Notes under the pieces: model-generated
Seen by the model: only the letters and a program-made list of their open reading frames with translations
Database searches by the model: none
What the model was told of the DNA's origin: nothing
Part shown: positions 25,239-37,968 of the stretch, one piece after another
How positions within the stretch are numbered: position 1 is the stretch's first letter
How the letters are laid out: the number at the start of each line of letters is the position of its first letter
Origin: Octopus vulgaris
Taxonomy: Eukaryota
Direction of reading: 5' to 3'
DNA: 64,000 nt
Assembly (NCBI GenBank): GCA_951406725.2
Contig: OX597814.1
Location: forward strand, 207,514,001-207,578,000
Program-made: the position numbers and the translations under genes

Positions 25239-25493
25239 TATGTTGTACAAGCAAGTTCGGTAATGGAGTAAGATTCAGAAAGGTATTAACTGATAAAAAG
25301 AAGAGATCTGTGTAAAGAGAACTTGTTGGGTGCAAGCAAACTGTGAGTTTATGGCATCAAACCAAGGAAGTTAAAATCCTTAACTACTAGTTTGTGTGTG
25401 TGTGAGGTAGTCATGTCTCAGGAAAAGTTAGTTCTCTCTTCAAGTGAGGACAAAGGTCAAGACATCTTTAATTCATCCTCATGCACTTCAAGT

Positions 25494-25703
25494 TTAGCAC
25501 GCTGGGCGAAATGCTTAGCCGTATTTCGTCTGCCGCTACGTTCTGAGTTCAAATTCCGCCGAGGTCGACTTTGCCTTTCATCCTTTCGGGGTCGATAAAT
25601 TAAGTACCAGTTACTCACTGGGGTAGATGTAATCGACTTTATCCCTTTGTCTGTCCTTGTTTGTCCCCTCTATGTTTAGCCCCTTGTGGGCAATAAAGAA
25701 ATA
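25494..25703 (+). mobile_element. SINE family A, slightly 5'-truncated
   Basis: Near-identical to 20628-20862. Confidence 0.9.
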
Positions 25704-26984
25704 TCTTTATCCCTGCCCCCATTGACCCTTATCGACAACTGAGGGAGAGAGAGAGAAATGGAAGGGAGGGAGGAAAACTAACTACTGTTCTTCCTTCTTA
25801 ATGCTGGTGACCTGTCCCTTAATTCTACTTGTTCCTATTTTCTTTCTGTCCCTTTTTTAAATGCATATATACACGCATCCAAACACATGCACACATTTAT
25901 TATAAGCAGTCATTATAATGCATGTCTGAACTAAAACATTCCAGCTGTGACCCTCCCATCTTTCTTCTGACATGTTTTTTTCCCTGTTGAATGACAACAT
26001 GGTGGCTCCCTTGGTTTAATTTCTCCAACAAGTAGAATTAACAAATGAGCAAAAGGAAACTTTTATGCAAGCCGCAGTGATTCATCATCATAACTGACAA
26101 TTGCAACTGGGAAACAACAGGATTGGTGTGATACAGTGTAAGAATGAAATTTGCAATTAACACTAAATGCTGCCTGTTTTAGCTTGGGAGAAGGCTATAG
26201 AAAGTTATATAATATTGAAGACATTTAGACATTCCTAAATTACAACCTGTTGCCAGTCAATGGCATATTCTGTGATATAACAAGACTCTAACGAGGCAGC
26301 AAATGATGTGATAGTGATTGTTGTTTAGCCCATGTCTACAGTTCTTGAGCAGACCTATGATCAATTACATTCTAGCCATGACCATCCAGTTTCCTTTTTC
26401 TTTCTTTTATTTTTTCTGTTTTGTTTTGTTTTTCTGTTTTCTGTTTTTTCTTTCTTTTTTCTCTTTTTCCTTTCTTTTTTCTCTTTTCTCTTTTTTTCCC
26501 CTCTTTCTTTCTTTGTTTAATTTTGTTTTTGTTAAGATGCATTTGGTCAAAATAGCCAAATCTTATTTTAATTAAACTCTGCCACTGTAAAAAAAAAAAA
26601 AAAGATTTGGCTTCTTTTTCTAGCAGACTGAATGACCAGAAAGAGGATCCCTTGTTGACTCAGTGACATGCTGATATAAAAATATAGTAGATATATAAGA
26701 CATGGGCGACAGAGCAGGCAGGAGTGATATCAGCAAAGTAGGTTGTTAGTAGTTTGTTTCTTAGCCAAGAGATAAGTATGTTGAATGTTTACAAACTTCG
26801 TTGTGGTGAGAATTGAATGGCATTAGATATCTCAAACTCTTAAGTCAATATTTTCTTGAAAGTCAAGAATGCTATTGCGGGGTGGGGGGTGGGGTGAATG
26901 ACACCAAAGTGCTCTTGTTCTTATTGACAATAAAAAGAAAGCAGTATACAAGAAGTTGTTGAATGTAAATTGAGAGTTGTCATC

Positions 26985-27180
26985 ACCACTACCATTGTTT
27001 AACATCCACTTTCCATGCTGGGGCATGGGTTGGACAGTTTGACTTGGAGATGGCGAGCAGGGTGCTGTCCAGACTCCAACTGTCTGTTGTGGCATGATTT
27101 CTATGACTTGATGCCCTTCCTAGCACCAGCCACTTACCAGAGTGTGCTGGGTGCCTTTTATGTGCCACCAGCATGGGTGC
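26985..27180 (-). mobile_element. Family D retroposon, diverged. Further copies at 31815-32000 and 37321-37460 (minus), 51874-52048 and 54285-54528 (plus)
   Basis: ccatgct..catgggttggac and gatgcccttcct motifs with (CAT)n/(GAT)n end. Confidence 0.75.
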
Positions 27181-27239
27181 ATTTAAGTAGCACCAGTGAA
27201 AACCTCCCAAAATGGAGCCACAAAGACAGAGAGGCTAAT

Positions 27240-27811
27240 TTGACTTTTGATACAAACCATCCTGAAACCACTCCCTAGTTCTAAATGATACAGATTAAAA
27301 TCTTCCACTAAGATTTCAGGCTAATTTAGGTTCCAGACACCAACTTGACCCTTTAATATTCAGATTATTCTTGAATAATCTGAATGGCACGTTAAAAGCA
27401 CCAACCGATCATGGCCGATGCCAGACCCCCTTGGCACCTGTGCAGATGGTACGTAAAAAGCACCCACTACACTCGCGGAGTGGTTGGCGTTAGGAAGGGT
27501 ATCCAGCTGTAGAAACACTGCCAGATCAGACTGGAGCCTAGTGCAGCCCTGGCTTCCCAGACCCCGGTCGAACCGTCCAACCCATGCTAGCGCGGAAAAC
27601 GGACGTTAAATGATGATGATGATGATGATGATGATTTCAATTATGAGACTATATTTTTAAACTAACATTGTAGGGTAGCTGTGAGAGGCTGGATCTGGCC
27701 AGTTTGAATATAAAACAGGAAAAATAGTTTGGTTGGAACTCTTAAATGCTAAAGGATTAATTGAAACAAGGGCTGTGTATTTCAACAGAATTATGGTGAC
27801 AAAAGGGTTAA
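27240..27811. mobile_element. Triple nest: piggyBac-type MITE P3 containing MITE P1 (27345-27760), which contains a family D insert (27386-27634)
   Basis: Outer parts are the reverse complement of 29697-29927; middle parts match 14842-15068; inner part ends in (GAT)n. Confidence 0.75.
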
Positions 27812-27959
27812 CTCTTGAATTATGAAATCTACTGATAGTTCTTCACCATGAGATACAAATAGAAAAATTTGTGTTCATGACACCTTTCATTTTAGCATAA
27901 AAGCATCAGATTAATCTATTGGCCCCAGTTATCTTATAAAAGTTAAGCATCATGGCTAG

Positions 27960-28700
27960 CAAATAAAGGAGATAAGAGCAGAGGAAATGGGGAATTTATC
28001 GGGGATATAGTTGTTGGAATGTTGATGTACATTCCCTCCCAAGTGCATATTTAATCAAGTAGTTCAAAAAATATACTTAATGACTGATAAAGTAGTACTA
28101 CTGTGTACTTCTTTCTATAAGGGCAGAGGTGGGTGAACTGGATAGGGGCAATTATAGATGTTTGAAGCTGAGTGATGAAGTTATGAAAGTAAAGTTTGAA
28201 ATATTGAAATAGATTAAATGCAAAGTGGGTCTAGTTTACATAAGTATGAATTTGTTGGGGGTAAAAAAAGATTATATTTTTATTTTGATGACTGTGGGAG
28301 AAGTTTTTAATTAAGAGCAAATCACTCCAAGTTGCATTTCTTACCACTGAAAAGACCCTGGACAGAGTATTACACTTCGTAAGCTTGTAGATTAATGTCT
28401 CTTGAGACTTGTGCTTGATGAATCTGGATGCTACAACCAAAGGCAAGATTAACAATGACTACAAAGGAGAAATTAGTGAACAATTTGATGTTTGCTGATG
28501 CACTACTCTCAATTCTTTTCTGTTCATTAGTTATTGAGGAAGTAAATAACACAGGACTTTAGGATTGAGAGTCTTTGGGAACTCTTATATATTGATGGTC
28601 TGAGTTCTCAATACAGGATATTAAAGAACTGCAAGAAAAAAAAATGTTCTAGAGATGATAGAATGGTCTTGGCTCCCAATACCTAAATGTTCACGTGGCA
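27960..28700 (+). pseudogene. Decayed RTE-clade LINE reverse transcriptase domain
   Basis: FYKGRG..LDRGNYRCLKLSDEVMKV, EKFLIKSKSLQVAFLTTEKTLDRV and WELLYIDGL correspond to YKGKGD.LDR.NYRGIKL, AFVD.EKAFDRV and WELLYADDL. Confidence 0.85.
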
Positions 28701-28715
28701 AAAGCTAAGTTACTA

Positions 28716-29040
28716 AAGACCCCCTTTGGTCGTGAATGACCATGGGGTTGCACCTAGAAAGTTACCCTTTGAGGCACAAATCCAGGCAAAGTTGTCTATG
28801 GAAGACCAGCAGTCACCCATGCATACCAGCCTTCCCTCTCCATGCCATCGATGTTATCTAAGGGAAAGGCAAAGGCCGATATAATTTGGCACAAGTGATG
28901 TCACAACTCATTTCTACAGCTAAGTGAACTTGGTGCAACATGAAAAGTGTCTTGCTCAAGAACACAACACAGCCTGGTCCAGGAATTGAACTCACTACCT
29001 CATGATTGTGAGCCCAACACTCTAACCACTGAGCTCACGG
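28716..29040 (-). mobile_element. SINE family E, near full length
   Basis: tRNA-like head (CTCAGTGGTTAGAGTG..GAGTTCAATTCC), body and RTE-like tail. Confidence 0.85.
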
Positions 29041-29340
29041 GTTTCTTACATATTAGATGTTACACTATATGTAACTATATGAAATTCATGAAACTATTCA
29101 TATAGTTTGCAATGAAGTGGTTGCAGTGCAATAATAGTAACTAGAATTAAAGCAATGAAGAAGTTCAGGGAGTTATTCCTTCTGATGACAACAACAGATT
29201 TCTTGTTTTGTATCAGTATGTGTTAAGCTTCATGATGGTGAAATACAGGCACTGAACATGTAAGATCTCTGATGGACACATGAGAGAAAATAAGTTGAAC
29301 ATGTGCCCATCAAGGCCTATTAGTATCTTTATATAACTTC

Positions 29341-29599
29341 CCATTCCATTGTTGCCTTTATTGAATTCATAAAGCAAAATATGCCGAATCTGCTCCTTTG
29401 TCACTTCCATTACAGCTTGGAAAAATAACTGCTAAAATTGAACTGCACTCTTCAAAACTTGCACTAAGAATAAGGATAAGGTAAAATTATTACCTGCCTT
29501 TATAGCAAGTTGATGCAGATAGTTTATCCCGCCCCCCCCCCCTCTGACTTTTAGTTCATGCAATTGAAAAAACCACATTATTTATGGAATGACACAATA
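29341..29599 (-). mobile_element. Left end of a mariner transposon (TIR plus transposase N-terminus)
   Basis: TA-TTGTGTCATTCCATAAATAATG TIR-like end; MEVTKEQIRHILLYEFNKGNN resembles mariner N-termini (e.g. Hsmar1 KQIRAIFLFEFKMG). Confidence 0.85.
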
Positions 29600-29696
29600 G
29601 AATATTTTGGCTGGATATGGCCAGTTTAAACACTAAAGGATTAATCACATAAAATTGCCTGAAAGACTGAGTACACACTCAAAGAGTTGTTGGGCA

Positions 29697-29927
29697 TTAA
29701 CCTTTTTATGACCATATTTCCGTTGAAACACATTGCCTTTGGTTCAATTAATTTTGAAAGTAATAAAGAAAATTTATGTAATAAATTTGTCCTTATTAAG
29801 CTGGTGTTTGGAACATAAATGTACATGAAATTTCGAAAGAAGATTTTTAATTAAACCATTTTGAAACAAGAAGTTTGCATCATAGAACCAGGGACAGTGT
29901 CAAGCAAGTTGAAACCAAAAGGGTTAA
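29697..29927. mobile_element. piggyBac-type MITE, family P3
   Basis: TTAA-CCTTTT...AAAAGGG-TTAA. Confidence 0.8.
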
Positions 29928-30184
29928 GAGTATCAGCTTATGTTTGCAAGAGAAACCAACTCTGTGCTGATATAAATATGATATTAATTGGAAATATCTG
30001 AAAGTTGAAAAATATTCCATATTCTAACATATTCGATACCTGAATCATGAAGCCTGGAGGAAATATGTTAAGAAATGGGATTGTTTAAGGGTGGGCCCTT
30101 CAAATAAGGTGATGAAGGCTGAGAAAAGTGATGATACAACATGAAAAAAAAAACCCGTACATTTCAAATGATTTTACACACATG

Positions 30185-30350
30185 CGCGGGCATGGCTGTG
30201 TGGTTAGGGAGCTTGCTTCCTAGCTATATGGTTTCGGGTTCAGTCCCACTGCGTGGCACTTTGGGTAGGTGTCTTTCACTATAGCCCCGAGCTGACCGGA
30301 GCTTTGTGATTGAATTCGGTAGGTGGTAGTTACTGCCGTGTGTGTATATG
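30185..30350 (+). mobile_element. SINE family B/C head
   Basis: GGCTGTGTGGTTAGG..GGGTTCAGTCCCACTGCGTGGCAC. Confidence 0.8.
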
Positions 30351-32209
30351 TGCGTGTAGGTGCTTGTGCCTCTCCGAAAGAGAGAGAGGGTATGTGTGTG
30401 CTTGTATATGTATCTATATGTGCATATATATACTCATTGTAGAATAATAATGAAATACTATTCAGCATAGTAAGCAAAGAACTTTGTGTGTGATTGCAAC
30501 TTCAAAACCTATTTTATGGATGCCTTGGTTTTCACATATGGCAAAAGCATAACAGTCACATCACTTGCTGAACATAGTATAGGGCTGCTATTAAACTATC
30601 TATATTGTATAGTTGGATGTGCAGACTTGACAAATTTTAGCGAAGTGAAAATTACATAGAACACCCTAAAATTGCATGACTACCAAACTGTTCAATGTAT
30701 GAAAAAATGTATAATATCTCTAACATATTAATATCCAGGAAGAGTGTTTAGTCTATCAGCAAAATAATATTGGAATTAAAACCCCAAATAGTTTTAGCAA
30801 AGTATAGAACAGCGAATTTTGTGACCAGTTTCATTACTGCTTCTTGAATACATGTTACTGAAGCTACTTGCATGTTTTACTTTTATTATATATATATATA
30901 TACATATATATATCATCATCATCATCGTGTAACGTCCACTTTCCATGCTAGCATGGGTTTTATATATATATATATATGTATGTATTTTAGTTTTTAATAT
31001 TTATTTTTTTTTGTTCTTTAAAATATATATGGTACTTATTTCTGTTTACTGCCTGCAATAAGGAATTTTTTTTTTTTCCTTCAGTGTCTGTGTGTTGGTT
31101 GGCGGGGTGGGTTTTCCTTTTCTTAAGATAGAAATACTCAATGTTTATTGAAGCTAAAACTGATTCCAAGTAAAAAGATCTGTTTAGCTATTCTGGAATG
31201 TTTCTTTCAAGAAACCATGGGTTTGTAAGATATCTATCCTGGTTGGTAAACAATGTCTGCTATTTCATTACCCTTCCATTACATCTTAAACTATATCCTT
31301 GCCAATCTCCAAGTTATATATTTTCATCATTTTTTTTTATGACTATTTCAATTTTCTAGATGCTATACTGTTTTCCCTTTTATTTATATACTTTTAGTTC
31401 CAGTTATTATTTTGTAAATGTTTTTCATTTGTTTTACTAATTTCCTATAACTACTTCATTCCATTAATAAAAATCGAACTTGTTGACATTATGCAGATTT
31501 CAAAATCTTTTTATGGAATAAGATTTTGTTTAGTTTTTATCTGCTACCAGTGAAGGACTTGAATAAAGTCTGTACATCAAACTAATGAAACACTCGTTAG
31601 TTTATATAATGTTTTCAGCACCTTTTGGTACTTATTTTTAATTTGTTGACTGGGCCAATGAGAACTTGTCATGGTTATGAATATAGTATGTCTCTTGTGC
31701 TAAGTTTACATAGTATTGGCTATGACTTTTTTGTTGCCTTTGTAACACTAGCATCTTGACTTGCTGGAACTCCCTGCACCACCACCACCACCACCCCACT
31801 CTCATGTATAATCATCAACATCATTTAATGTCTGTTTTCCATGCTGACATGGGTTGGACTGTTCAACAGGATCAGGGGAGTCAGAAGATTGCACCAAGCC
31901 CTGTTATCTGCTTTGCTACAGTTTCTATGCCTGGAAGCCCTTCCTGAAACTAACCATTTTTACAAAGTGTACTGAGTGCTTTCTACATGGTCCCAGCAAC
32001 AGTTAGGTTACTGGGGTGGAAGTTGGGGTATAATATAGGTGAATAGTTTAAAACTTAGGGTATCATCCCACTACATTGTAGCTTGGGTAAATGTAATTTT
32101 CTAGTCTCGAGTCAACCCATACCTTGTGAGTGAAACTGGGTTGGACCCTCAAGTTAGTTGTACCTGTAATTCAAAAGATAGAGCATTGTTACACACTGTA
32201 TCGTTTTGG

Positions 32210-32413
32210 TTGAGCTGGCAGAAACGCTAGCACGCCGGGCTTCAATAAACATTCTGAGTTCAAATTCCACTGAGGTCAACTTTGCCTTTCATCCTTTCGG
32301 GGTCGATTAAATAAGTACCAGTTACACAATGGGGTCGATATAATCGACTTAATCCGTTTGTCTGTCCTTGTTTGTCCTCTCTGTGTTTAGCCGCTTGTGG
32401 GCAGTAAAGAAAT
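32210..32413 (+). mobile_element. SINE family A with a deletion in the head, inserted into an older SINE (about 32050-32543)
   Basis: Family A core and tail; the host, related to 16852-17246, resumes at cctgagaat..aagggtacac. Confidence 0.85.
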
Positions 32414-33738
32414 TGGTTTTACCTGAGAATGGCATTAAGGGTACACATGTCTGTGGAATACTCATCCATTTGTTAATTCAGGAACAGTGAATTTAGATGC
32501 CTGAGAAACTGAAATCTCATTGTTTAATGATGGAGATCCACCATGTGTGTGTGTGTGTGTGTGCACATGTGCTTCCTTGTCTTAACAGCACATGATAGTT
32601 GTAAACTAGTGTCATTGTCATTCAGGCAATATCATAAATTTCCAATTTTCCGTGTAGAATATGTCTGGTCATGGGGAAATATTACCTTGTGTAGAAACAA
32701 GTGAGAGTTGGCAATAGAAAGGGCATCTGACCACAGCAAATTTTGTCTGACCCATACAAGCAAGGAGAAGTGAATGCTAAAATGGTAATGATGATGATGT
32801 GAGTATGTGTGTGCATGTGTGCGGTACCCACATAGCACTTGTTGAACTTGGTTATGAGAAATTAAGTTCCTTGGCTACAGACATCACAGAGTAATAAACT
32901 ACCAACCTCTTGCCCGGTTCTTTGTTGTCTTATTGATCAACCAGTTGTGCTTTGTTCAACCAAGAAATCAAAACTCTAGGACTTTAATATATCATAATTG
33001 TTATTCCCTAATGAAATGTTTTCTTCTGATTTTTGTCAGCCATGTTACTATCTATTGTAGCATTGATGACAGAAGTAAAAATTTCAAAGAACATGCATAG
33101 TTACAAAACATAACGTTATCGATACATTAGTGAGGTTACTAAACCCACTACAGCAAGGCAACCAAACTCTTTTACTGAAGAATTACATTTGCTAACTTTG
33201 TCAGCTTCATTACAGTGATAGAATTCTCTCAGATGCCTTTATTTCGAAAACCTTTTGATAGTATCCAGTTAGAAATTTACTTCTTTCTTTGACAACTAAT
33301 TATGGTCACACTACATGTAAGAAGTACAAAGTATCTGCTTCATTCTGTTAATGAATGGATAATTATGGAGTTGGTGTGAGTGTGCAATATACTAGTAAGA
33401 AATGTGTGTAAGTCATGCAATTTGTCTCATTTCTAGAAGGCATATTCCTAGAAACATGTTCATAAGTTTGTGACGTATATTTTGTTGATTTTTCTTTGCA
33501 TATTGTGTGTTCATGTGCATGCAAGCTTGTATGAGTGTATTTATGTGAATGTAACTGTGTATCAGGGTATGTGCATGCATGTGTAAGTATACTTACATGT
33601 AAGAGCATGTGTGTGTGTGTATGTGGGGTGGCAGTTATTGTACTAAGTGCATGTTTAACTACATGCATATCCTTTTCTTCAAACTGAACTATATATAATT
33701 TCTATGTCTGTGTGTAGCCATGTTTGAAGATAATATAT

Positions 33739-34138
33739 AGGAGTGGCTATGTGGTAAGTAGCTTGCTAACCAACCACATGGTTCCGGGTTCAGTCCCACT
33801 GCATGGCATCTTCGGCAAGTGTCTTCTGCTATAGCCCCGGGCCGACCAATGCCTTGTGAGTGGATTTGGTAGACGGAAACTGAAAGAAGCCTGTCGTATA
33901 TATGTATATATATATATATATATGTGTGTGTGTTTGTGTGTCTGTGTTTGTCCCCCTAGCATTGCTTGACAACCGATGCTGGTGTGTTTACGTCCCCGTC
34001 ACTTAGCGGTTCGGCAAAAGAGACCGATAGAATAAGTACTGGGCTTACAAAAGAATAATTCCCAGGGTCGATTTGCTCGACTAAAGGCGGTGCTCCAGCA
34101 TGGCCGCAGTCAAATGACTGAAACAAGTAAAAGAGAGT
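33739..34138 (+). mobile_element. SINE family B, full length
   Basis: Near-identical to the reverse complement of 24856-25238. Confidence 0.92.
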
Positions 34139-36669
34139 ATATATAGATTCATACTTGAAAATATACACAAATGCTGAAATTTGCTGGGCTATTAGATTTG
34201 TCTTTTTTGTTTCTTTTTGCACAATGTTATTCAGTTCAATCTCCAGTTATGGTTAGATGTCTGTTAGTGAATATGTACATTGTCCTTGTCAGGGACCTTT
34301 AATTCTAAATGAAGATTATTCATATCCTAGTACACTATCATCATTGCATGTACAATTTTTACATTTTTCAGCACATTAAAATTTTTGCCATGACATCCAT
34401 ATTGAATAGAAATCAATGTTCAATTTACTGATTAGTTTACCTTAAGTACTACATGTATGCTACACTTTTCATTTTTGTTCTTTTTTTTTTAAATTTCCAC
34501 AATATTTTTTTTATATCTGTTACAGAAAATTCATCATTACCATTTTAACGTCCATTTTTCTATACTCTCATATTCTTCCCTTTCTTACATCATATATGAA
34601 AAATACATGGTTTATTGAGCTTTTTCAGTGTTCTTCTATTCTCACTCTTTTACAAGACCTACAAACGTATAGACATTATAGATGCAGTTCTTCAAAGTGG
34701 ATACATGTCTTACCTGATAAACTTGTTGTCTAAGTTTTGCTAGATCACGTGAACTTAGCACATAGTTCCATTCAGTTCACCAATGACATGCTTATACAAA
34801 AAAAAAAAAAGATACAGTTTTTAAAACATCCATGTCAAGCCATCATAGCCAGCTGACTATTAAACTATTATGGATAGTGAGACAGCCCATACTGTGTCAA
34901 AATAAATTAGGAAATACCTACAATACTGAGTTGAACAGATTTTGACCAATGGCTCAACATATATCCTTAAATCCTTAAAAATGTTTTAGCCCAAAGGCCG
35001 CGAAAATTTTTATATATAAAGCATACATTTTTGAGGAACAGTTATTCAGCCCATCATATAAACTTGTATCCACTCTCAAGCTTAAAATAGAAATTACACC
35101 AAAATCCACAGTGACACAACCATTCTTGAAGAGTCTGAGTGGAAGGAAGGAGGGAGAGAGAAAGAATTTGCAGAACATATAAGGACAGTGAGTAATGTCT
35201 CACTCGACAAATACTTCACTTGAGTAACCTATCTAAGAATGGTATGAACTTAACAACTTCATCTATTCATTTGTGGAAAGTTTTACAATGGAATGAGAGT
35301 AGAATGTATACCGAAAGCTCCTATAATAGGATAAATATTAAAATGAAGAATGCCAGAAGACCTGTTGTGTTAAAGGAAGTCACATATCATTATGGAATGA
35401 AATTCCTGTTATGGATAAAAAAAAAAAACACTGTAGAAATTAAAAATCAAAGAAGCAGTATATATGATATACTTACTGATAAACCAATCCATAATCTTAG
35501 CAATATGGCTAGGATGGGGTGTGAAGAATATGTCAGAGGAACATTCATTCTACTTATTAAATACATATAATATAAAAATAAGTCTTTTTGTGAAGTATTT
35601 TGAAAGTGAAAGTAACTATAAATAATTGCTTGTACATTGGGTTAAAAACAAACCCATGGACTGTAAAAGGTGAATAACTACCCCTGAGACTTGAAGCACG
35701 CATCTACTATGTCCTGGGCAGTAATGATATCATTACACCAAAGCAATTCTCTGCCTTTCATCTGCCCAAATTAGTTGCTTTAATCTTACATGTGAGAAAG
35801 GAAGTTTGTTTATATTTAGAACACAATTTAGAAGCATCAATGAATATGAAAATAAGCCTCTTTTTATTAAATATCTCAGATGCAAGTATAGCTATAAATA
35901 ATAGTTCATAATTCAATGGGTAAAAATCCCCCGAATGGGAAAAACAGGTAGACCGCTCTCCCCTAAAACTTGAACCTATCTTGAATGCAAATGTAGTTAT
36001 AAATAGTACATTGGATAAGAAAGAAAAAAATCATTGAGCAGGAAAAGGTGAACAGGTCCATGGGACTTGAATCTATCTTGCTATCTTGAATGAAAATGTA
36101 GCTGTAAATAATAACTCATAAAACATTGAACTGGGAAAGCAGACTCTCTAATGTAGAGTCTCACTAAAACTGGCCTTGCCTAGGCTTAGTAATATCTCAA
36201 ATATTTTAGTTAAAAGGCTGATAAACTTCAATTCATCCAGGAATGTTGATTCAAGTCTTCCATACATTGGTTCAAATTGAGCTTCATGAAAAAAACCAAA
36301 ACAAAATAGCAAACAAAAAATAAAATGCAAATATAGAGTCTCATATAAGATTTCATACTATTTTTTGTAATGACTCTAAATTAATTATTTTCTAATCAGA
36401 AACTTTTCTCGGTGTCTATTTTAGTGCTTTGTGGTATACAGTATGCTTAGTTTTTCTGTCAGGAATTATAAAGAACAAATTTCAGAAAAAAAGCACAGCC
36501 TATTACCTTCTCTTTGAAGAAATGTGTCCCCCGTGCAAAATTTCAGCAACTAAGGTGGAAAACTATGGTCTACAATTGAAAATATGCATTCACTTTTATT
36601 TATTAAGATACTGAGTTACAAAAGAAATTTGGTTAACTAATCTTATTCTTGCAAATTATGATTAGAAGA

Positions 36670-36875
36670 ACTCCTGAGAGTGTTTAAAACCAAAAAGCAC
36701 ATATGAGTGATAACTCCAATGTTATTAACTGATCATAAATTTTTTTTTTTTTTTGAAAAAGCAAGTTCCTTACCTAACTGTATTTTGTCGTTATTTCCCC
36801 AAAAGTTTGGATAAGTTGATATCATTGGAGTTATCTCACTTGTTTGTTTTTAGCTTACAAACATTGCTCTGATAC
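36670..36875. repeat. Degenerate inverted repeat (old foldback MITE)
   Basis: GATAACTCCAATGTTATTAACTGATC versus GATAAGTTGATATCATTGGAGTTATC, with weaker symmetry further out. Confidence 0.6.
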
Positions 36876-37679
36876 CTAATTACAAGGATAATCTCAGTTT
36901 ATTGAAGATTTTCTGCTCACTGTATTACATCTGTGAGACTATGCAGTAATCTCAATACAGATTTCAGCTCAGTACAGATTCAATGACTAAAAAAAAAAAG
37001 AACTTAAATCCTCTGAAAATTCACTAACCCTATATGTTCCATTGGTATAGTGTTTGTTTTTTATGTTCATTTTTCCATGTAAGCGTAGAGTAGATGAATA
37101 TATCATTGAGGCATAGTTTTATAGCCAGTTGTTCTTCCTGTTGCTGACCCTAAACTTGTTTTCAAGTAAGGGATTTCTTATTTCATGCACTTTCAAAGGT
37201 GCAAAGTGAGTGAATAATTTGTTTCTGTGGGCAATGACAGAAATGACAACACCACTGTTTTTAACTGAATAATTTTTAGAGAATTAGAAATGTAGACAAA
37301 CACAGGCTCACATACACACACATCATCGTTTAACGTCCGCTTTCCATGCTAGCATGGGTTGGACGGTTCAACTGGGGTCTGGGAAGCCAGAAGGCTGCAC
37401 CAGGCCCAGTCTGATCTGGCAGTGTTTCTACAGCTTGATGCCCTTCCTAACGCCAACCACACATATTAATAGGTATATAATGATGAGCTTCTTTCAGTTT
37501 CTGTCAACCAAATTCATTCACAAAACTTTGGTTGACCTGCTGTAGGACTGAACCCAAAACCACCTAGTTGAAAAGTGAGCTTTTTAGCCACTCAGCTATG
37601 CTTGTGTCTTGAAACAGTTCTGAGTTCAAATCCAGTCTGGAACATCACATATATTCAACAGATTCAAGCATCGAATGAA

Positions 37680-37892
37680 TTTCTTTCTATCGTTGGCATA
37701 AGGCCTGGTATTTTGGGAGAGGGAACTGGTCATTTACATTGACCCCTGTGCTCAGCTGGTCCTTAGTTTGTCAACCCTGAAAATAATGAAAGGCAAAGAC
37801 AACCTCGATGGAACTCAAGCTCAGTAAAGCCAGAAGAAATGCCACTAAGCGTTTTGTCTGGCATGCTCACAATTCTGCCAACTCCTCACCTT
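37680..37892 (-). mobile_element. SINE family A, diverged. Further fragments near 10040-10235, 11473-11645, 44350-44480, 52075-52240, 61960-62160
   Basis: gaaaggcaaag core and ttctgcca head motifs. Confidence 0.75.
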
Positions 37893-37968
37893 CAAGCATT
37901 AAGCATGAACACACATGTTGATGACACAAAAAGACTGTATGAGGATTCCAATGATTCTTATTTTAATA

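Noticed and set aside
34640-35560. Possible third RTE C-terminal relic (KIFIYKAYI, FAEHIR)
   Set aside because: Similarity is too weak and fragmented to report as a feature.
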